Assembly: GCA_963745035.1 (NCBI GenBank)
Contig: CAVUVW010000013.1
Coordinates: 864,001-928,000 of the forward strand
Reading direction: 5' to 3'
DNA length: 64,000 nt
Origin: an uncultured delta proteobacterium
GTDB lineage: Bacteria > Desulfobacterota > Binatia > UBA9968
Positions 19,596 through 30,266 of the stretch are shown here, piece after piece. The position numbers were made by a program, and so were the translations under genes. The notes under the pieces are model-generated. The model was given only the letters and a program-made list of their open reading frames with translations, did not search any database and had not been told where the DNA came from. Position 1 is the first letter of the stretch. Every line of letters begins with the position of its first letter.

Positions 19596-20787
19596 ATGGC
19601 CACTTCGAAAAAATACAACGTCGGGGGCGTTGAGCTGGACCGGCCCTTCAAGATTCGCCGCCTCGGTCACTTCGGTTTCAACGCAAACGATCTCGAAGCA
19701 AGCCGGCGCTTTTACTTCGATCTGCTCGGTTTTTTCGTTACCGAGCCGGCGGGCGCGGGCTACTTCGGCCGGCACGCCGGCGATCATCACTCCTTCGCCT
19801 TGTTCGACAAAAAGAAATTCAACGAGCGTCAATACGCCGGCGACAACGCCAGGCACTTTCGTTCCGAAAACGACATCAACCAGATCACCTGGCAGGTCCA
19901 GAGCATCAACGAAATGGCGGAGGCGAGCAAATATTTTCGCGATCTCGGCGTCGAAATCATGCGCGAGGGGCGGGCGGGCGGAGGCGGCTCGCAATTTCAC
20001 CTTTACGTCTGGGCGCCGGACGAGCAGATTTTTGAGCTTTACTACGGCATCGAGCAAATCAATTGGAACGGCTACGCCCGTCCCGCGGCAATGCGTCACG
20101 GCACCCCCGATCCGCCCAACGAGCCTCAGCTTCCCGACTACGAGCTGGTGCGCGCCGATATCGAGAAAGGCATCAGCGTGCTCGACGGCCGGCGCGTGGT
20201 CAGCGCCATGCCGCTCAAATACAACGTCGACGGTTTGCTGCTGCCGCAACCCTTCAAAATTACCCGCGTCGGACCGGTGAACTTATTCGTCGATGACTAC
20301 GAAGCTCTGAAGCGCTGGCACCAAGAAGTGATGGGCTTCACGCTCACCGAGGAAGTCGAATGGCAAGGCGAGCGCTGCGCGTTTCTGCGCTGCGATAACG
20401 AGCATCACTCGCTCGGTTTGTTTCCCAAGTCGTGGCGCAAGAAACTGGGCCTGAGCCCGAATACGTCGAGCATGTCGTTCGGCCTGCAGCTCGCCAACTA
20501 TCAGCAACTCAAAGCCGCGGTCGATTTCCTGCGCGACAACGGTGTGCGCGTGGAAACCGATATCATTTCGCCGGAGCTTGCATCCCGGCATCGACTACGC
20601 CGCCTATGCCTTCGATCCCGACGGGCACTGCTTGGAGCTTTACTGTTACATGGAGCAACTCGGCTGGGACGGCAAGCCGCGGCCCAAGGAACTGCGCCGC
20701 AAAGTCGATCCGAACCGCTGGCCCGAGACGCTTGAACCGCTTTCCGACACCTACACCGGTGAGCCTTTTATCGGTCCGTGGGCGTGA
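19596..20787 (+). CDS. VOC family (extradiol dioxygenase/glyoxalase-like) protein; frameshift near 20580
   Basis: IRRLGHFGF..DHHSFAL..FLRCDNEHHSLGL..YAFDPDGHCLELY; RBS AGGAG. Confidence 0.85.
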
Positions 20788-20811
20788 TCCTGAATTAAAA
20801 CGAATGAGAAC

Positions 20812-20976
20812 CTAGCCGAAACGTTGACAGAGGCCGTCAAATAGTGCGGACGCATCGGCGCCGCGCAGCCCTTCGCGCACCACCCACGTGTGCAAGTCGA
20901 CGATCTGCCGGCCGAGCGCGTCGTTGAAATTCAACGGTGACAACGGCACCGAAGCTTGGGTTGTTGGGTTTCGCAT
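20812..20976 (-). pseudogene. Truncated N-terminal fragment resembling an adenylate/guanylate cyclase N-terminus
   Basis: Hand translation MRNPTTQASVPLSPLNFNDALGRQIVDLHTWVVREGLRGADASALFDGLCQRFG*; family call from memory only. Confidence 0.4.
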
Positions 20977-21266
20977 GAGAACCAGAAAATTGTTGTAGAT
21001 GCGGTCGCAACCGCAAGATGCTGTCGTGATTTTTGAAGTTTTTCCATCGCAGCCGCCCCTACTCGCCCACGACGCCGTCCGTGGAACGAAAGCTGGGGAA
21101 TGTCCGGAGAGTTTAGGGTGTTATGCCTTGCGGGGCACGGACGACGGCAGTCATACACTGAACCAACCGCGACCGAAGCCCGCGAGCCCCGACGGTATCG
21201 ACCACGGTATCAGCATTGCTTGATGCCGCAGGTCAGCAGTCTTTGAGAACCCGATTTATCTCCTGG

Positions 21267-21476
21267 TCAATCGTCGAGGCGAAAGCCGAGCTTCACTGTC
21301 ACCTGCCAGTAGTCGACTTTATTGTCGGCGATATAACCGCGGGTCTCGGTCACCTGGAACCAGTGAATATTGTGCAGCGTCTTGCCGGCCTTGGTGATGG
21401 CATTTTGAATGGCGTCTTCCATGCTGTTTTTCGACGAGCCAGTTAATTCGATCTGCTTATAAATATGCTCTTCCAT
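21267..21476 (-). CDS. Dodecin (flavin-binding)
   Basis: HIYKQIELTGSS..AIQNAI..WFQVTETRGYI..WQVTVKLGFRL; RBS GGGAGG. Confidence 0.92.
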   Translation of the reverse strand: MEEHIYKQIELTGSSKNSMEDAIQNAITKAGKTLHNIHWFQVTETRGYIADNKVDYWQVTVKLGFRLDD

Positions 21477-21621
21477 CGCAGCCTCCCTCGCGTGAGTGAT
21501 CCGTCCAGTAATCCTTTTCGCCGCGGCCGAATGCCGCTAACTATCAGTCAAACACCGAAGAACAGGCGGCTCAAGATGTGCAGAGGATTTAATTACGAAT
21601 GAAGCGCGAGTAAAAGACAAT

Positions 21622-21785
21622 TCAGGAACTCTCGAATTTTCCACTGGTCTGGATCGAGACGAAACGCAGGATCATCGTCGCGACGTACATAATGCCGATC
21701 ACCGCCTCGATCAGACTCAACGCCCGGGCAGCCGGGGACGCCGCCGGGCACGTCGCCGTAGCCGACCGTGCTCACTGTGAAACAT
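21622..21785 (-). pseudogene. C-terminal fragment of a potassium channel (pore plus inner helix)
   Basis: TVSTVGYGDV filter motif, then after a frameshift SPAARALSLIEAVIGIMYVATMILRFVS. Confidence 0.65.
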
Positions 21786-21952
21786 CGCGCGCTTGGATGG
21801 CGTCAAACATTCGTTTGGAACACGCTAGCCGTCAACCAGAAACGTGGGAACGATTGTTCCGCCTCCCTCACGGCTCATGCCTTTTTTGAGTTTGACAGGT
21901 AGAGCGCATCAATAGTAACACGAACGAGTCGCCCTCTTATCAGGATTTTATT

Positions 21953-22747
21953 ATGGCATCTGCTGCACAATTCGCTGGACATGCTGACCTTCCCGGCGTG
22001 CGTCTCTGGTACACCGACAGCGGCGGCACCGGCGTTCCGGTCCTTCTGCTCCACGCCAACACCGGCAACGCCGACGGCTGGCAATACAACATTCCGGGCT
22101 TCGTCGAAGCAGGATTTCGCGCCATCGCCTTCGATCGGCGCGGCTGGGGCCGCAGCACGGCGAATCCGGACACCGGCCCGCAGCCCGGCACCATCGCGGA
22201 GGATCTCCACGCGCTCGTGGAACATCTGAAGATCGACCGCTTCCATCTCGTCGCAGTTGCCGGCGGCGGCTTCGCCGCCTACGACTATGTTCTGTGGCAC
22301 CCAGAACGGCTCCGCAGCTTGGTCGTCGCCGCCAGCGGCGGCGCCATTGTCGACGAACCATTGGCGAAGCTGCGCGAGAAAACGACCCTTCCCGGTTTCA
22401 AAAACTGGCCGCCGGAGTTTCGCGAGGTCAGCATGGGCTATATGGCGACCCATCCCGAAGGCCTGCAACGCTGGCTCGACATTCACAACAATTCGCAACA
22501 GCAAGGCGCGCCGGTGCAACCGCAGCGCACGACGATCACGTTCGACAAGCTCGCAACGATCCGCGTCCCGGCGCTATTGATGCCTGGAGATCAGGACCTC
22601 CAGTGCCCACCCTGGGTCATGCGTCGCCAGCTCGCCCGCATCCCCAACGCCGAATTCATCGTCCTCCCCGAGGCTTCTCACTCGATCAACTGGGAGCAGC
22701 CCGAAGTCTTCAACCGCCATGTTCTCGAGTTCATCCGCAAACATTAG
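21953..22747 (+). CDS. Alpha/beta fold hydrolase
   Basis: VLLLHANTG..AFDRRGWGRS..FHLVAVAGGG..ASHSINWEQPEVFN. Confidence 0.88.
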   Translation: MASAAQFAGHADLPGVRLWYTDSGGTGVPVLLLHANTGNADGWQYNIPGFVEAGFRAIAFDRRGWGRSTANPDTGPQPGTIAEDLHALVEHLKIDRFHLVAVAGGGFAAYDYVLWHPERLRSLVVAASGGAIVDEPLAKLREKTTLPGFKNWPPEFREVSMGYMATHPEGLQRWLDIHNNSQQQGAPVQPQRTTITFDKLATIRVPALLMPGDQDLQCPPWVMRRQLARIPNAEFIVLPEASHSINWEQPEVFNRHVLEFIRKH

Positions 22748-22837
22748 CTGACCGTCGCAGGACTCTTGTTGTCTTGATTCTTTATGGATTAGAGCTGGGA
22801 GGCGATCCAATGAACTTTGAATTGGAGAAAAGGGAAA

Positions 22838-23128
22838 ATGATATCGCAGATTCGCATTTACACGATCAACAAGGGTGAGATGGATAATTTTCTCAAGCAC
22901 TTCAAAGAGGAGATCATGGTGCTGCACGAAAAGATCGGCGTACCCATCGTCGGCACCTGGGTGAACCGGCCGCAAAACGAATTTATTTGGGTCAGGACCT
23001 ACAAAGACAAGGCTGACCTTGAAGCGAAGAACAAAGAGTTCCAGGCCGCAGTCGCCGCCGCCGGAGTCAAACTCGGCGGCAACGTCGCGAAAATGGAAGT
23101 GCGCGAGGCCGAATCGGCGTTTGCGTAG
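22838..23128 (+). CDS. NIPSNAP family protein (copy 1)
   Basis: MISQIRIYTINKGEMDNFLKHF..NEFIWVRTY; near-identical to 46609..46899. Confidence 0.82.
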   Translation: MISQIRIYTINKGEMDNFLKHFKEEIMVLHEKIGVPIVGTWVNRPQNEFIWVRTYKDKADLEAKNKEFQAAVAAAGVKLGGNVAKMEVREAESAFA

Positions 23129-23176
23129 AAGCTGTTTCGGTAGAAGGAAAGTCCCCACCGACTCGTGATTTGCACA

Positions 23177-23515
23177 ATGGAGCAACGTAAGAGAATCAGC
23201 GCGCAACTTGCGATAGCCGTGACATGCGGAATTCTGTCGCTCGTTTCTGGTTGTCAGGCCATGAGAAGCGAAGCACCGGTGAAAGTGCCGACTACTGAAA
23301 CAGCGCAAGACGAGGCGCTCTCGAACTCGGTGCGAGACAGACTACTATCGGTCAAAACAGTGGATTTGAGTGCCATCAAGGTGGTCTCCAACAGCGGCAC
23401 AGTCTATCTGACAGGAACCGTCGCGTCGCTCGACGCACGCCAGCAGGCCGTCAAGATCGCCTGGAACGTCCCGGGTGTGCAAAGCGTCGTCAATGTGCTT
23501 GAAGTGCAGAAATGA
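23177..23515 (+). CDS. BON domain lipoprotein
   Basis: Lipobox-like LVSGC; DEALSNSVRDRL..GTVYLTGTV..VPGVQSVVNVL. Confidence 0.85.
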   Translation: MEQRKRISAQLAIAVTCGILSLVSGCQAMRSEAPVKVPTTETAQDEALSNSVRDRLLSVKTVDLSAIKVVSNSGTVYLTGTVASLDARQQAVKIAWNVPGVQSVVNVLEVQK

Positions 23516-23531
23516 TTTGAGAATGACCAGC

Positions 23532-23625
23532 GATCAGAACTGCAGTGCCCTGGCCTAGTACGGCGCCGCCAACTCGGCCGTATTCCCGGCGCCGAGTTCA
23601 TCGTCTTCCCTGAGGCTTCTCACTC
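23532..23625 (+). pseudogene. Diverged duplicate of the 3' region of the hydrolase gene (22589-22683)
   Basis: LQCPGLVRRRQLGRIPGAEFIVFPEASHS vs LQCPPWVMRRQLARIPNAEFIVLPEASHS. Confidence 0.8.
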
Positions 23626-23661
23626 TTTCGGTCACTCCGTTCAGCCGGTGCGGACGCCTCA

Positions 23662-23724
23662 GTTCAAGCCGTTCAAAACGTTTTGAACGGAGCGCAGCGG
23701 TTGAACGGCTTGAACAATTTGAAC
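23662..23724. repeat. GTTCAA/TTGAAC palindromic repeat element between convergent genes
   Basis: Perfect 15-bp inverted repeat GTTCAAGCCGTTCAA / TTGAACGGCTTGAAC and 22-bp palindrome CCGTTCAAAACGTTTTGAACGG. Confidence 0.75.
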
Positions 23725-23740
23725 AAGTTTTGATCATATA

Positions 23741-24772
23741 TTAGAGGAGACCGATCATCTTGCCGTAACTCTTAGCAAGGGATTCCACTTTCTCCGACTG
23801 ATCCTTGCGCATGTAGATCATCTGTTTACCCTTGGCTTTCTGATAATACGCAGTGCCGGGAATCAGCGCGGAGCTTACGCCGACGGTTCTTTCCCACACC
23901 TGCTGCGCCTCCGGCATCGTCATGAAGACCGCGAAGAGATGCGCCGCATTGGGATGCTGCGCGCCCTTGAGCGCGCCGACGTTATAGGCAGGAGCAATGA
24001 CCGGTTGCACCTCGACGGCCTCCGCGATGGGCGCGCCCGTCTGTTTGGCGACGTGGATATAACTATCGGTCAAGCTGAGCGCGACGAGGATCTCACCCAC
24101 TTGGAGCCGGGTATAAGTAGGTCCCAACTCGCCCACGACGGGATTCTGCTGCGCCAGAGCTTTTACATAGGCGGTGGTCTTTTCTTCGCCCCAGGGGCCG
24201 AAGGCCAACCGCCCTAAATGGTGCGTCGCCGTGGTCACGCCCAGCCTGCCCTTCCACTTTGGTTGGAGCAGATCTTCCCAGCTCTTCGGCACATCCTTCG
24301 AGGAAACCATGCTGCTGTTGTAAGCAGGCACGATGTATTGGTGGACAAAAGAGATCGTGCCGCCGTCGTGATCGATCAATTTTTCGTCCACGGCTACGGA
24401 TTTGTAATCGAACGCCTTGTGGAGCTTGCGCAGCCAAAGGCTCGCATGATGGGCGTCGGTGGCAACCATGACGTCCCATTCCGGGGGCGCGCCCGTGGCC
24501 GCCTGCGTCGCAACCTTGCCGACGTCGCGCGTCATCGATCCGGAGGGAATAAATTTTACGTTGATGTTGGTGCCGTATTTTTTGTTGAAGGCTTGAGCGA
24601 GCGCTTGGGCGCCGTCACTCTTCAAAGTGGACGGTCCGTAAAAGTCCAGAGTGCCTTCTTTTCTGGCGGCGGCGATCAAATCATCCAGCGGCGCGGCGCG
24701 AGCAACAGAAACCCACTGAAGCACAGCGAACACGGCGGTTAGGCCCAGGTAAAGGAGACGCAACGATCGCAT
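23741..24772 (-). CDS. Extracellular solute-binding protein (Fe3+/thiamine/polyamine-type ABC SBP)
   Basis: Signal peptide MRSLRLL..ARA; AARKEGTL..PKSWEDLLQPKWKG..HPNAAHLF. Confidence 0.85.
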   Translation of the reverse strand: MRSLRLLYLGLTAVFAVLQWVSVARAAPLDDLIAAARKEGTLDFYGPSTLKSDGAQALAQAFNKKYGTNINVKFIPSGSMTRDVGKVATQAATGAPPEWDVMVATDAHHASLWLRKLHKAFDYKSVAVDEKLIDHDGGTISFVHQYIVPAYNSSMVSSKDVPKSWEDLLQPKWKGRLGVTTATHHLGRLAFGPWGEEKTTAYVKALAQQNPVVGELGPTYTRLQVGEILVALSLTDSYIHVAKQTGAPIAEAVEVQPVIAPAYNVGALKGAQHPNAAHLFAVFMTMPEAQQVWERTVGVSSALIPGTAYYQKAKGKQMIYMRKDQSEKVESLAKSYGKMIGLL

Positions 24773-24996
24773 TGTCCACCTCCTGCTCTGTGTCTTTGGA
24801 CCTTCCCGGGCGTTCAGCCATACGCTATGCGCCCGAGCTATCTTTTCCCCGGAACGCCGTCTATCGCTCGCCCTGAGAATTGTCAAGCCGGTTAATCGTC
24901 TGTGGGATAACCTTGCCCGGGACAATGAAAAAAAGATATGACCGCAACGGTTGAAATCCTCGCCCACAAATTGATTTTCCCGCCGCGCGAAAACTC

Positions 24997-26008
24997 TCAC
25001 TGGGTAAAAAGTTTTTGAAACTCTTTTCTCTTTTCCGCATACTCGTTCTTGCTAAAGTCATCCATCGGGACAAATTGAATCTTATCCGCCTCAGGAAGCG
25101 GCGGATAAATTCCTTTTCGATTGACGAATTCGCCCATCTTCGCCAGGATCCTCATGCTTTCATCGCTAAGGAAATAGTCGATGAACGCCTTGCCCGCATT
25201 CGGATGCGGCGCTTTGTTGCTGAGTACGAGCATAGTGCCCATCGCCCATCATCTTTCCCAATCTCACATAGTCTACGGGCGCACCCTTTTGCGCGTAGGT
25301 GTAGGCGTAAATGATGTAAGTGATGGCCGCCAATGCCTCGCCTCCAGTGACGCGTTCGGCGGCGGGAATAAAGGATTCGCCAAAGAGAGGTTTCATGCCG
25401 GCTAGACCAGCGAATGAATTTATCTGCTCTCTCTTTGCCGATGACTTTGTGAAGGCTGGCGAGCCATTGCGTGGTGGTTAGGTGTTGCGTCGGATCAGGC
25501 ATCGAAATCTTGCCTTTGAATTGAGGCTGCAGCAGATCTTCAAGGGAATTAGGCGCGGCTCCTGGTTTGAACGCGCTCTTGTTGAACACAACACCGATAA
25601 TCACATTACGGTAACTCGGACCGAGTACCGGATCGATCGCTTCCTTGGCAAATTCGCCGGCGGCCGGCGAATTATAGGTCGCCAGCATTCCTTCTTTTAC
25701 AACAAGCCGTGCAACATTTGCGTTGAGCAACAGCAAATCATACGCGCGCCTTGCCGGCTCGATATTCGCTTACCGCTCGATCCATGACCTTCGTGCCGGA
25801 AGCGCGCCAGTATTCCAGTTCCAGTCGCGTTTTCTTTTGGAAAGCTGCTTTGATTGCGTCGAACGCTTCGGACTCCAGCGAGCCGTAGGCGATGACTTTG
25901 CCTCCTTCCTTTTTTGCTTCTTCGATCAGGTTGGCACTTTGGCCAAACGCCGCAGGCGAGTGGACTAAGAACAATACAAGAACCAGGGAGAATACAAGCC
26001 TGACGCAT
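24997..26008 (-). CDS. Extracellular solute-binding protein; several frameshifts
   Basis: EEAKKEGGKVIAYGS / PNSLEDLLQPQFKGKI / APHPNAGKAFIDYFLS across four ORFs. Confidence 0.78.
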
Positions 26009-26219
26009 AACTCCTGCCCTCCTCTTGTCTACGCGAACGATTTGATCGGCATCAAGATGAGCATCGCGGTGGATTCTACTTTTGCACCGGGCAATTTGGC
26101 AAACCGATTTATCGCTGCATGGAAGCGTCTCCATGCATAGTGACGCGCTCGATCTGCCTTGACATTCGAACCCATGTGCACTACCAGCAGGTCAGGATTC
26201 GCAAATAAAGGGGGTTCCC

Positions 26220-27232
26220 ATGATGGATATCATCGATGCAGACGGTCATATCGTCGAAAAGGACTCGGATCTCAGGGCCTACCTGCCGGAGCCACATTGT
26301 AAACGCAGCGGCTCGCTTTTGCCTTCGGATGGACAAGACAGTTTGATGGGCGGCCGTTTGGGCGGATTGGAGGATAACGATATTCCGACACGCCTTCGAG
26401 ACATGGACACGGAGGGCATCGGTATCTCTGTGCTTTTTCCCACCTCCAGTTTTCGCGTGAGTCAGACGATGGAACGCGATTATGCGCTCGCCTACTGTCG
26501 AGCCTATAACGATTTCATTTCTGATGTCTGCAAAAAAAATCCGCGTCTGAAAGGAATCGCGCTGGTTCCCTTTCAGAACGTTTGTTACAGCCAGTCTGCA
26601 GTCGTCGCTGAAGTCAATCGCGCGGTTACGAAACTTGGGCTGGTCGGTATTGCGGTCTCCTGCCAAGGCCTCAAAGAACATCTCGGATCAGAGATATATT
26701 GGCCGATCTATGACGAGCTTCAGCGGCTTGGGTGTGCCGTTGTGTGTGCACAATCGTCATGCGCCGCCGGGCGAAAATATTTTCGATAGCCTGCTTTTCA
26801 AACATGCTGTCGGTCGGCCGATCATGACGGCTATTCAGTTTGCGGGCCTCATGTACGGCGGTGTGCCTGAGAAATTCCCCAAACTGAATGTCGCGTTTCT
26901 TGAATGCGGCGTCGGTTGGCTACCCTATTGGGTCGAGAGATTGGATGAGGAATATGAAAAGCGCGCGCCCGAAGCGCCGCTGCTCAAGGCAAAGCCGAGT
27001 GAGTATTTAAAGAATGGGACCTGGTTCTGTTCGACCGAGCCGGAGGAGCACGGCATTGCCGTACGTCATCGAGCAGTTTGGACCGGAAATGATCCTATTC
27101 GCTTCCGACTATCCACACTGGGACGGATTATTTCCCAATGCCGTATCGACGATAAAAAATCGCAAGGACATTACCGATAACGTTAAGCAGAAGATTCTAG
27201 CCGATAACGCCAAACGATTTTATAGGTGGTGA
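26220..27232 (+). CDS. Amidohydrolase-2 family protein; frameshifts near 26730 and 27050
   Basis: IIDADGHIVE..AYNDFISD / FPKLNVAFLECGVGWLPY / ILFASDYPHWDG. Confidence 0.85.
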
Positions 27233-27239
27233 GAAACAG

Positions 27240-27528
27240 GCTGGCATGGGTCAAACGGTGGTTTGAGCGGCATCGACGCGCAGTTCAGCAGCGGACAGCC
27301 TACCTGCCAGGCGAGACGGCGACGCCGATCTACAGTCTAATCGTCAAGCCGGAGATCAAATCATTTGCCGAGTTGAAGGAGAAAATGGTGGGGCTTTCAC
27401 TCGCGGTCGATACGATCCATTTCGACGCGAAAGCTCATGGCCATGCATGGCGCCAGCGGTCGCCTTCAACGCGCCTACATTCATTTCATTGCGCAGATTT
27501 CAAAAACTGGGAAAGTCCGTGTTTGTGA
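27240..27528 (+). pseudogene. Internal fragment of an NMT1-type SBP gene
   Basis: GETATPIYSLIVKPEIKSFAELKEKMVGLSLAVDTI; no proper start or end. Confidence 0.55.
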
Positions 27529-27648
27529 ACTCCGCGCCCAGACGCCGCATCGGCCGCGGCAACATTCTGAAAAAACCCCGTTGAACGATTTGATTACCGT
27601 TCGGATTATTTGACAAAATCTGTCCCCGGCAGATAGAGTCGCTCACCA

Positions 27649-28602
27649 ATGAAACCATCAACTATGATTTTGCTGTTCCTGGTCTCGTCAGCTCTCTTGG
27701 CGTTGCCCCACAAGTGTAACGCTGAGATCGTTCACATGGGTTTATCCGGTGTCGGGCTCTATGAATTGCCGAGCGAAATCGCCAAACGCCGAGGATTTTA
27801 CGAACAAGAAAAACTGGAAGTTCGAAAAGTCACCGTAGGAGTCGGGATACAGGTCGCCGCGTTGCTTGCGGGAGAGCTCGATTATTCGACCGTCGCGAGC
27901 ACAACCGCCGTCGCTTCGGTTCAAGGTCTTCCGGTAAAAACAGTCATGGGCTGGTTCGATCGACCGCTCCACATGCTGGTCGCGCGACCGCAAATCAAAG
28001 ACATGGCCGAGCTCAAAGGCAAAAGAATCGCCGTCAGCGCGATCGGCTCGCCGCCGCACATTCTGGCCAGAGAAGCCTTGAGAAAAAGCGGTCTGAACCC
28101 GGATAAGGACGCGACGTTTCTCGCCCTGGGCGGATCGAGCGACAGACTGGCAGGGCTAGTCGGCGGCACGGTGGATGCCACTCCGCTCGATGTAGCGTAC
28201 ATCGCAAGAACCGAGCAGCTCGGTCTCACCAGCCTGCTCTATTTGGGCGATGTGGTGGATCTCCGGCTCGGCGGCCTGGCCGTCGCTACGGACAAAATAG
28301 AAAAGAATCCCGATCAGATCAGGCGCGTCGTCAGAGCCACCTGGCGCGGCATCGAGTTTCTTAAAGGCAACAAGAAGGAGACCCTCGCGATCATGCAGGA
28401 TTACCTGAAGCTAACCTCTCCCACCGTCGAAAGAGTTTATCAGTACGCGCTCAAATCGCTCACCATCGATGGCGGCGTGGCCAAGGCCAGTTTGGAAAAC
28501 GAGCTTAGGCTTTTAAAGGACCGCTTGAAGCTGAAAGACGATATTCCAATGGACAAAGTCGCCGACTGGCGATTCGTGAGGGAGCTTCCGAGCTTGCGCT
28601 AG
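27649..28602 (+). CDS. ABC substrate-binding protein, NMT1/SsuA-like
   Basis: Signal peptide; RGFYEQEKLEV..ELKGKRIAVSAIGS..RLAGLVGGTVDA. Confidence 0.87.
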   Translation: MKPSTMILLFLVSSALLALPHKCNAEIVHMGLSGVGLYELPSEIAKRRGFYEQEKLEVRKVTVGVGIQVAALLAGELDYSTVASTTAVASVQGLPVKTVMGWFDRPLHMLVARPQIKDMAELKGKRIAVSAIGSPPHILAREALRKSGLNPDKDATFLALGGSSDRLAGLVGGTVDATPLDVAYIARTEQLGLTSLLYLGDVVDLRLGGLAVATDKIEKNPDQIRRVVRATWRGIEFLKGNKKETLAIMQDYLKLTSPTVERVYQYALKSLTIDGGVAKASLENELRLLKDRLKLKDDIPMDKVADWRFVRELPSLR

Positions 28603-28615
28603 ACGTTCATCCGCT

Positions 28616-29239
28616 TCAACTATGAGCCTGCCGCATTCCTGAGGCAATAATTTTCTGCACCGACGATCGGCCCCTCATGAGATCGAGCCAACCGCTGAGC
28701 CGGGGCAGTTCCGAAGTGATCGCCCCCCAAACGGCCAGGCGGAGAAAGCGCGGAATCACCGCCGCATCCAGCAGTGAGAAATCGCCCGCCAGGTACGGTT
28801 TGTCGGCCAAGTCATTCTCGAACGGCTGCAGCAACTTCTTTGCATCTGTCCTCGCTTCGCCGATCACCGCCGTATTTCTTTCACCCTCGGGCTTGAGCAT
28901 TTCGTCGCGCAATTTCGCATATGGCCGGTAGGTCCCATTCACGCCGTAGTCGATGGCAATTCTAATTTTCGCCCGCTGTCCGGGATCTCTCGGCAACAGC
29001 GGCGGCTCGGGATATCTTTCCTCGAGATATTCGTTGATGATACACGACTCATAAAGAATGGTATCGCCGTCCACCAGAACAGGAACCTTGCCGTAGGGAT
29101 TCATCTGCAAAAATTCCGGCTTCTTTTGTTCCTTCGCGACGAGGTCTACCGGAATTGTCTCATAAGTAAGATTCTTCTCGTAAAGCACAACACGCGTTCT
29201 TTGACAGTTGGGAGAGGTGTGGCGATCGTAGAGTTTCAT
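28616..29239 (-). CDS. Glutathione S-transferase family protein
   Basis: SPNCQRTR..MNPYGKVPVLVDG..LYESCIINEYLEE..YLAGDFSLLD. Confidence 0.92.
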   Translation of the reverse strand: MKLYDRHTSPNCQRTRVVLYEKNLTYETIPVDLVAKEQKKPEFLQMNPYGKVPVLVDGDTILYESCIINEYLEERYPEPPLLPRDPGQRAKIRIAIDYGVNGTYRPYAKLRDEMLKPEGERNTAVIGEARTDAKKLLQPFENDLADKPYLAGDFSLLDAAVIPRFLRLAVWGAITSELPRLSGWLDLMRGRSSVQKIIASGMRQAHS

Positions 29240-29266
29240 TCTTTGCGTCCCATGTGCTTCGCCGGG

Positions 29267-30229
29267 TTAGAGGTTGTGGATCTGTGGAAAAAACAAGCTT
29301 TCGGTCTCGGGCTTCTCGTCGAGAATGCCTTGCTGAACCTGAAACTCGATCAGCGTTTCAATCGATTTCCGCGCGCAGCCTTTGTTGAGGCTGTAGATAA
29401 ACGGTTCGCCCATGACCTCGCGCTCCCAGCGCGCCTCTTCCTTTTCTTTCTCGTTGCGATACCGATCCGCCGCCGCTTCCGCATCGGAGAATGCGGTCAG
29501 GAGACTCTCGGCGATCCATGGATTTTCTTCCGCCACTTCCTCGCGCATCGCAAACAGATGGTTCACGGTGAAAGCGCGGGTGCGGTTGAAATAGTCCGCC
29601 TCCGCCCGGCGATAGTCGCGCACGAGGTAGCGCAGCTTCGGGTTGGTGGCGAGGGTGGGATAAGGCTCCAGCGCGGCATCGATCTCTCCCGCTTCGACCA
29701 GCTCGATGGCATGTTCCCTGGTCCGGGGCGGCGAAATGAACGAGACGCGAACTTCCGGCGGCGGCGGATGGAGCGACTCTTCCGCGATATCCGGCTCGGC
29801 AACGAGCCAGTGGAGCTCATGCGGCGCGACTTTGTACTCGTTCTGTAAAATGCCTCTCAGCCAAACCGCCGTGCTGGAATTGTAGCGATGGACCGTGACT
29901 TTTTTACCGCGGAGCTCGGAAGGATGCTCGAACGGCGCGTTCGCTTGGCAATACATCGCGCGCAGCCGAAACCGGCGCGACAGAAATACCGGCAGCGCTT
30001 TGAGCCTAACGCCGCGATGCCTGGCCAGCACAAAGGAAGATATCGATAACTCGCCGCCGGCAATTTCCCCCGCGATGATCGCGCGGTGCCGGGCGCCGAT
30101 ATTGTCGAGGCCGTGGCCGAACTCCGTTTGCACGCGAAGGTCTATACCCTTCGGCCGCACCGATCCGTCGATCAGCGCCTGGGTATTGGGAGCCGGATTG
30201 AAACCTACGGTCAACGAGACATTCGCCAT
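29267..30229 (-). CDS. 4,5-dihydroxyphthalate decarboxylase-like (SBP-fold) protein
   Basis: ALIDGSVRPKGIDL..ELSISSF..ALPVFLSRRFR..WLRGILQNEY; paralogous to 43013..43990. Confidence 0.75.
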   Translation of the reverse strand: MANVSLTVGFNPAPNTQALIDGSVRPKGIDLRVQTEFGHGLDNIGARHRAIIAGEIAGGELSISSFVLARHRGVRLKALPVFLSRRFRLRAMYCQANAPFEHPSELRGKKVTVHRYNSSTAVWLRGILQNEYKVAPHELHWLVAEPDIAEESLHPPPPEVRVSFISPPRTREHAIELVEAGEIDAALEPYPTLATNPKLRYLVRDYRRAEADYFNRTRAFTVNHLFAMREEVAEENPWIAESLLTAFSDAEAAADRYRNEKEKEEARWEREVMGEPFIYSLNKGCARKSIETLIEFQVQQGILDEKPETESLFFPQIHNL

Positions 30230-30266
30230 ACGCCTAAACCTTCCACATCTTCTTGGAGCCGAACCG

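Noticed and set aside
23662-23724. CRISPR array
   Set aside because: Units are 6-15 bp and palindromic with no unique spacers; no cas genes. No CRISPR array was seen anywhere in the window.
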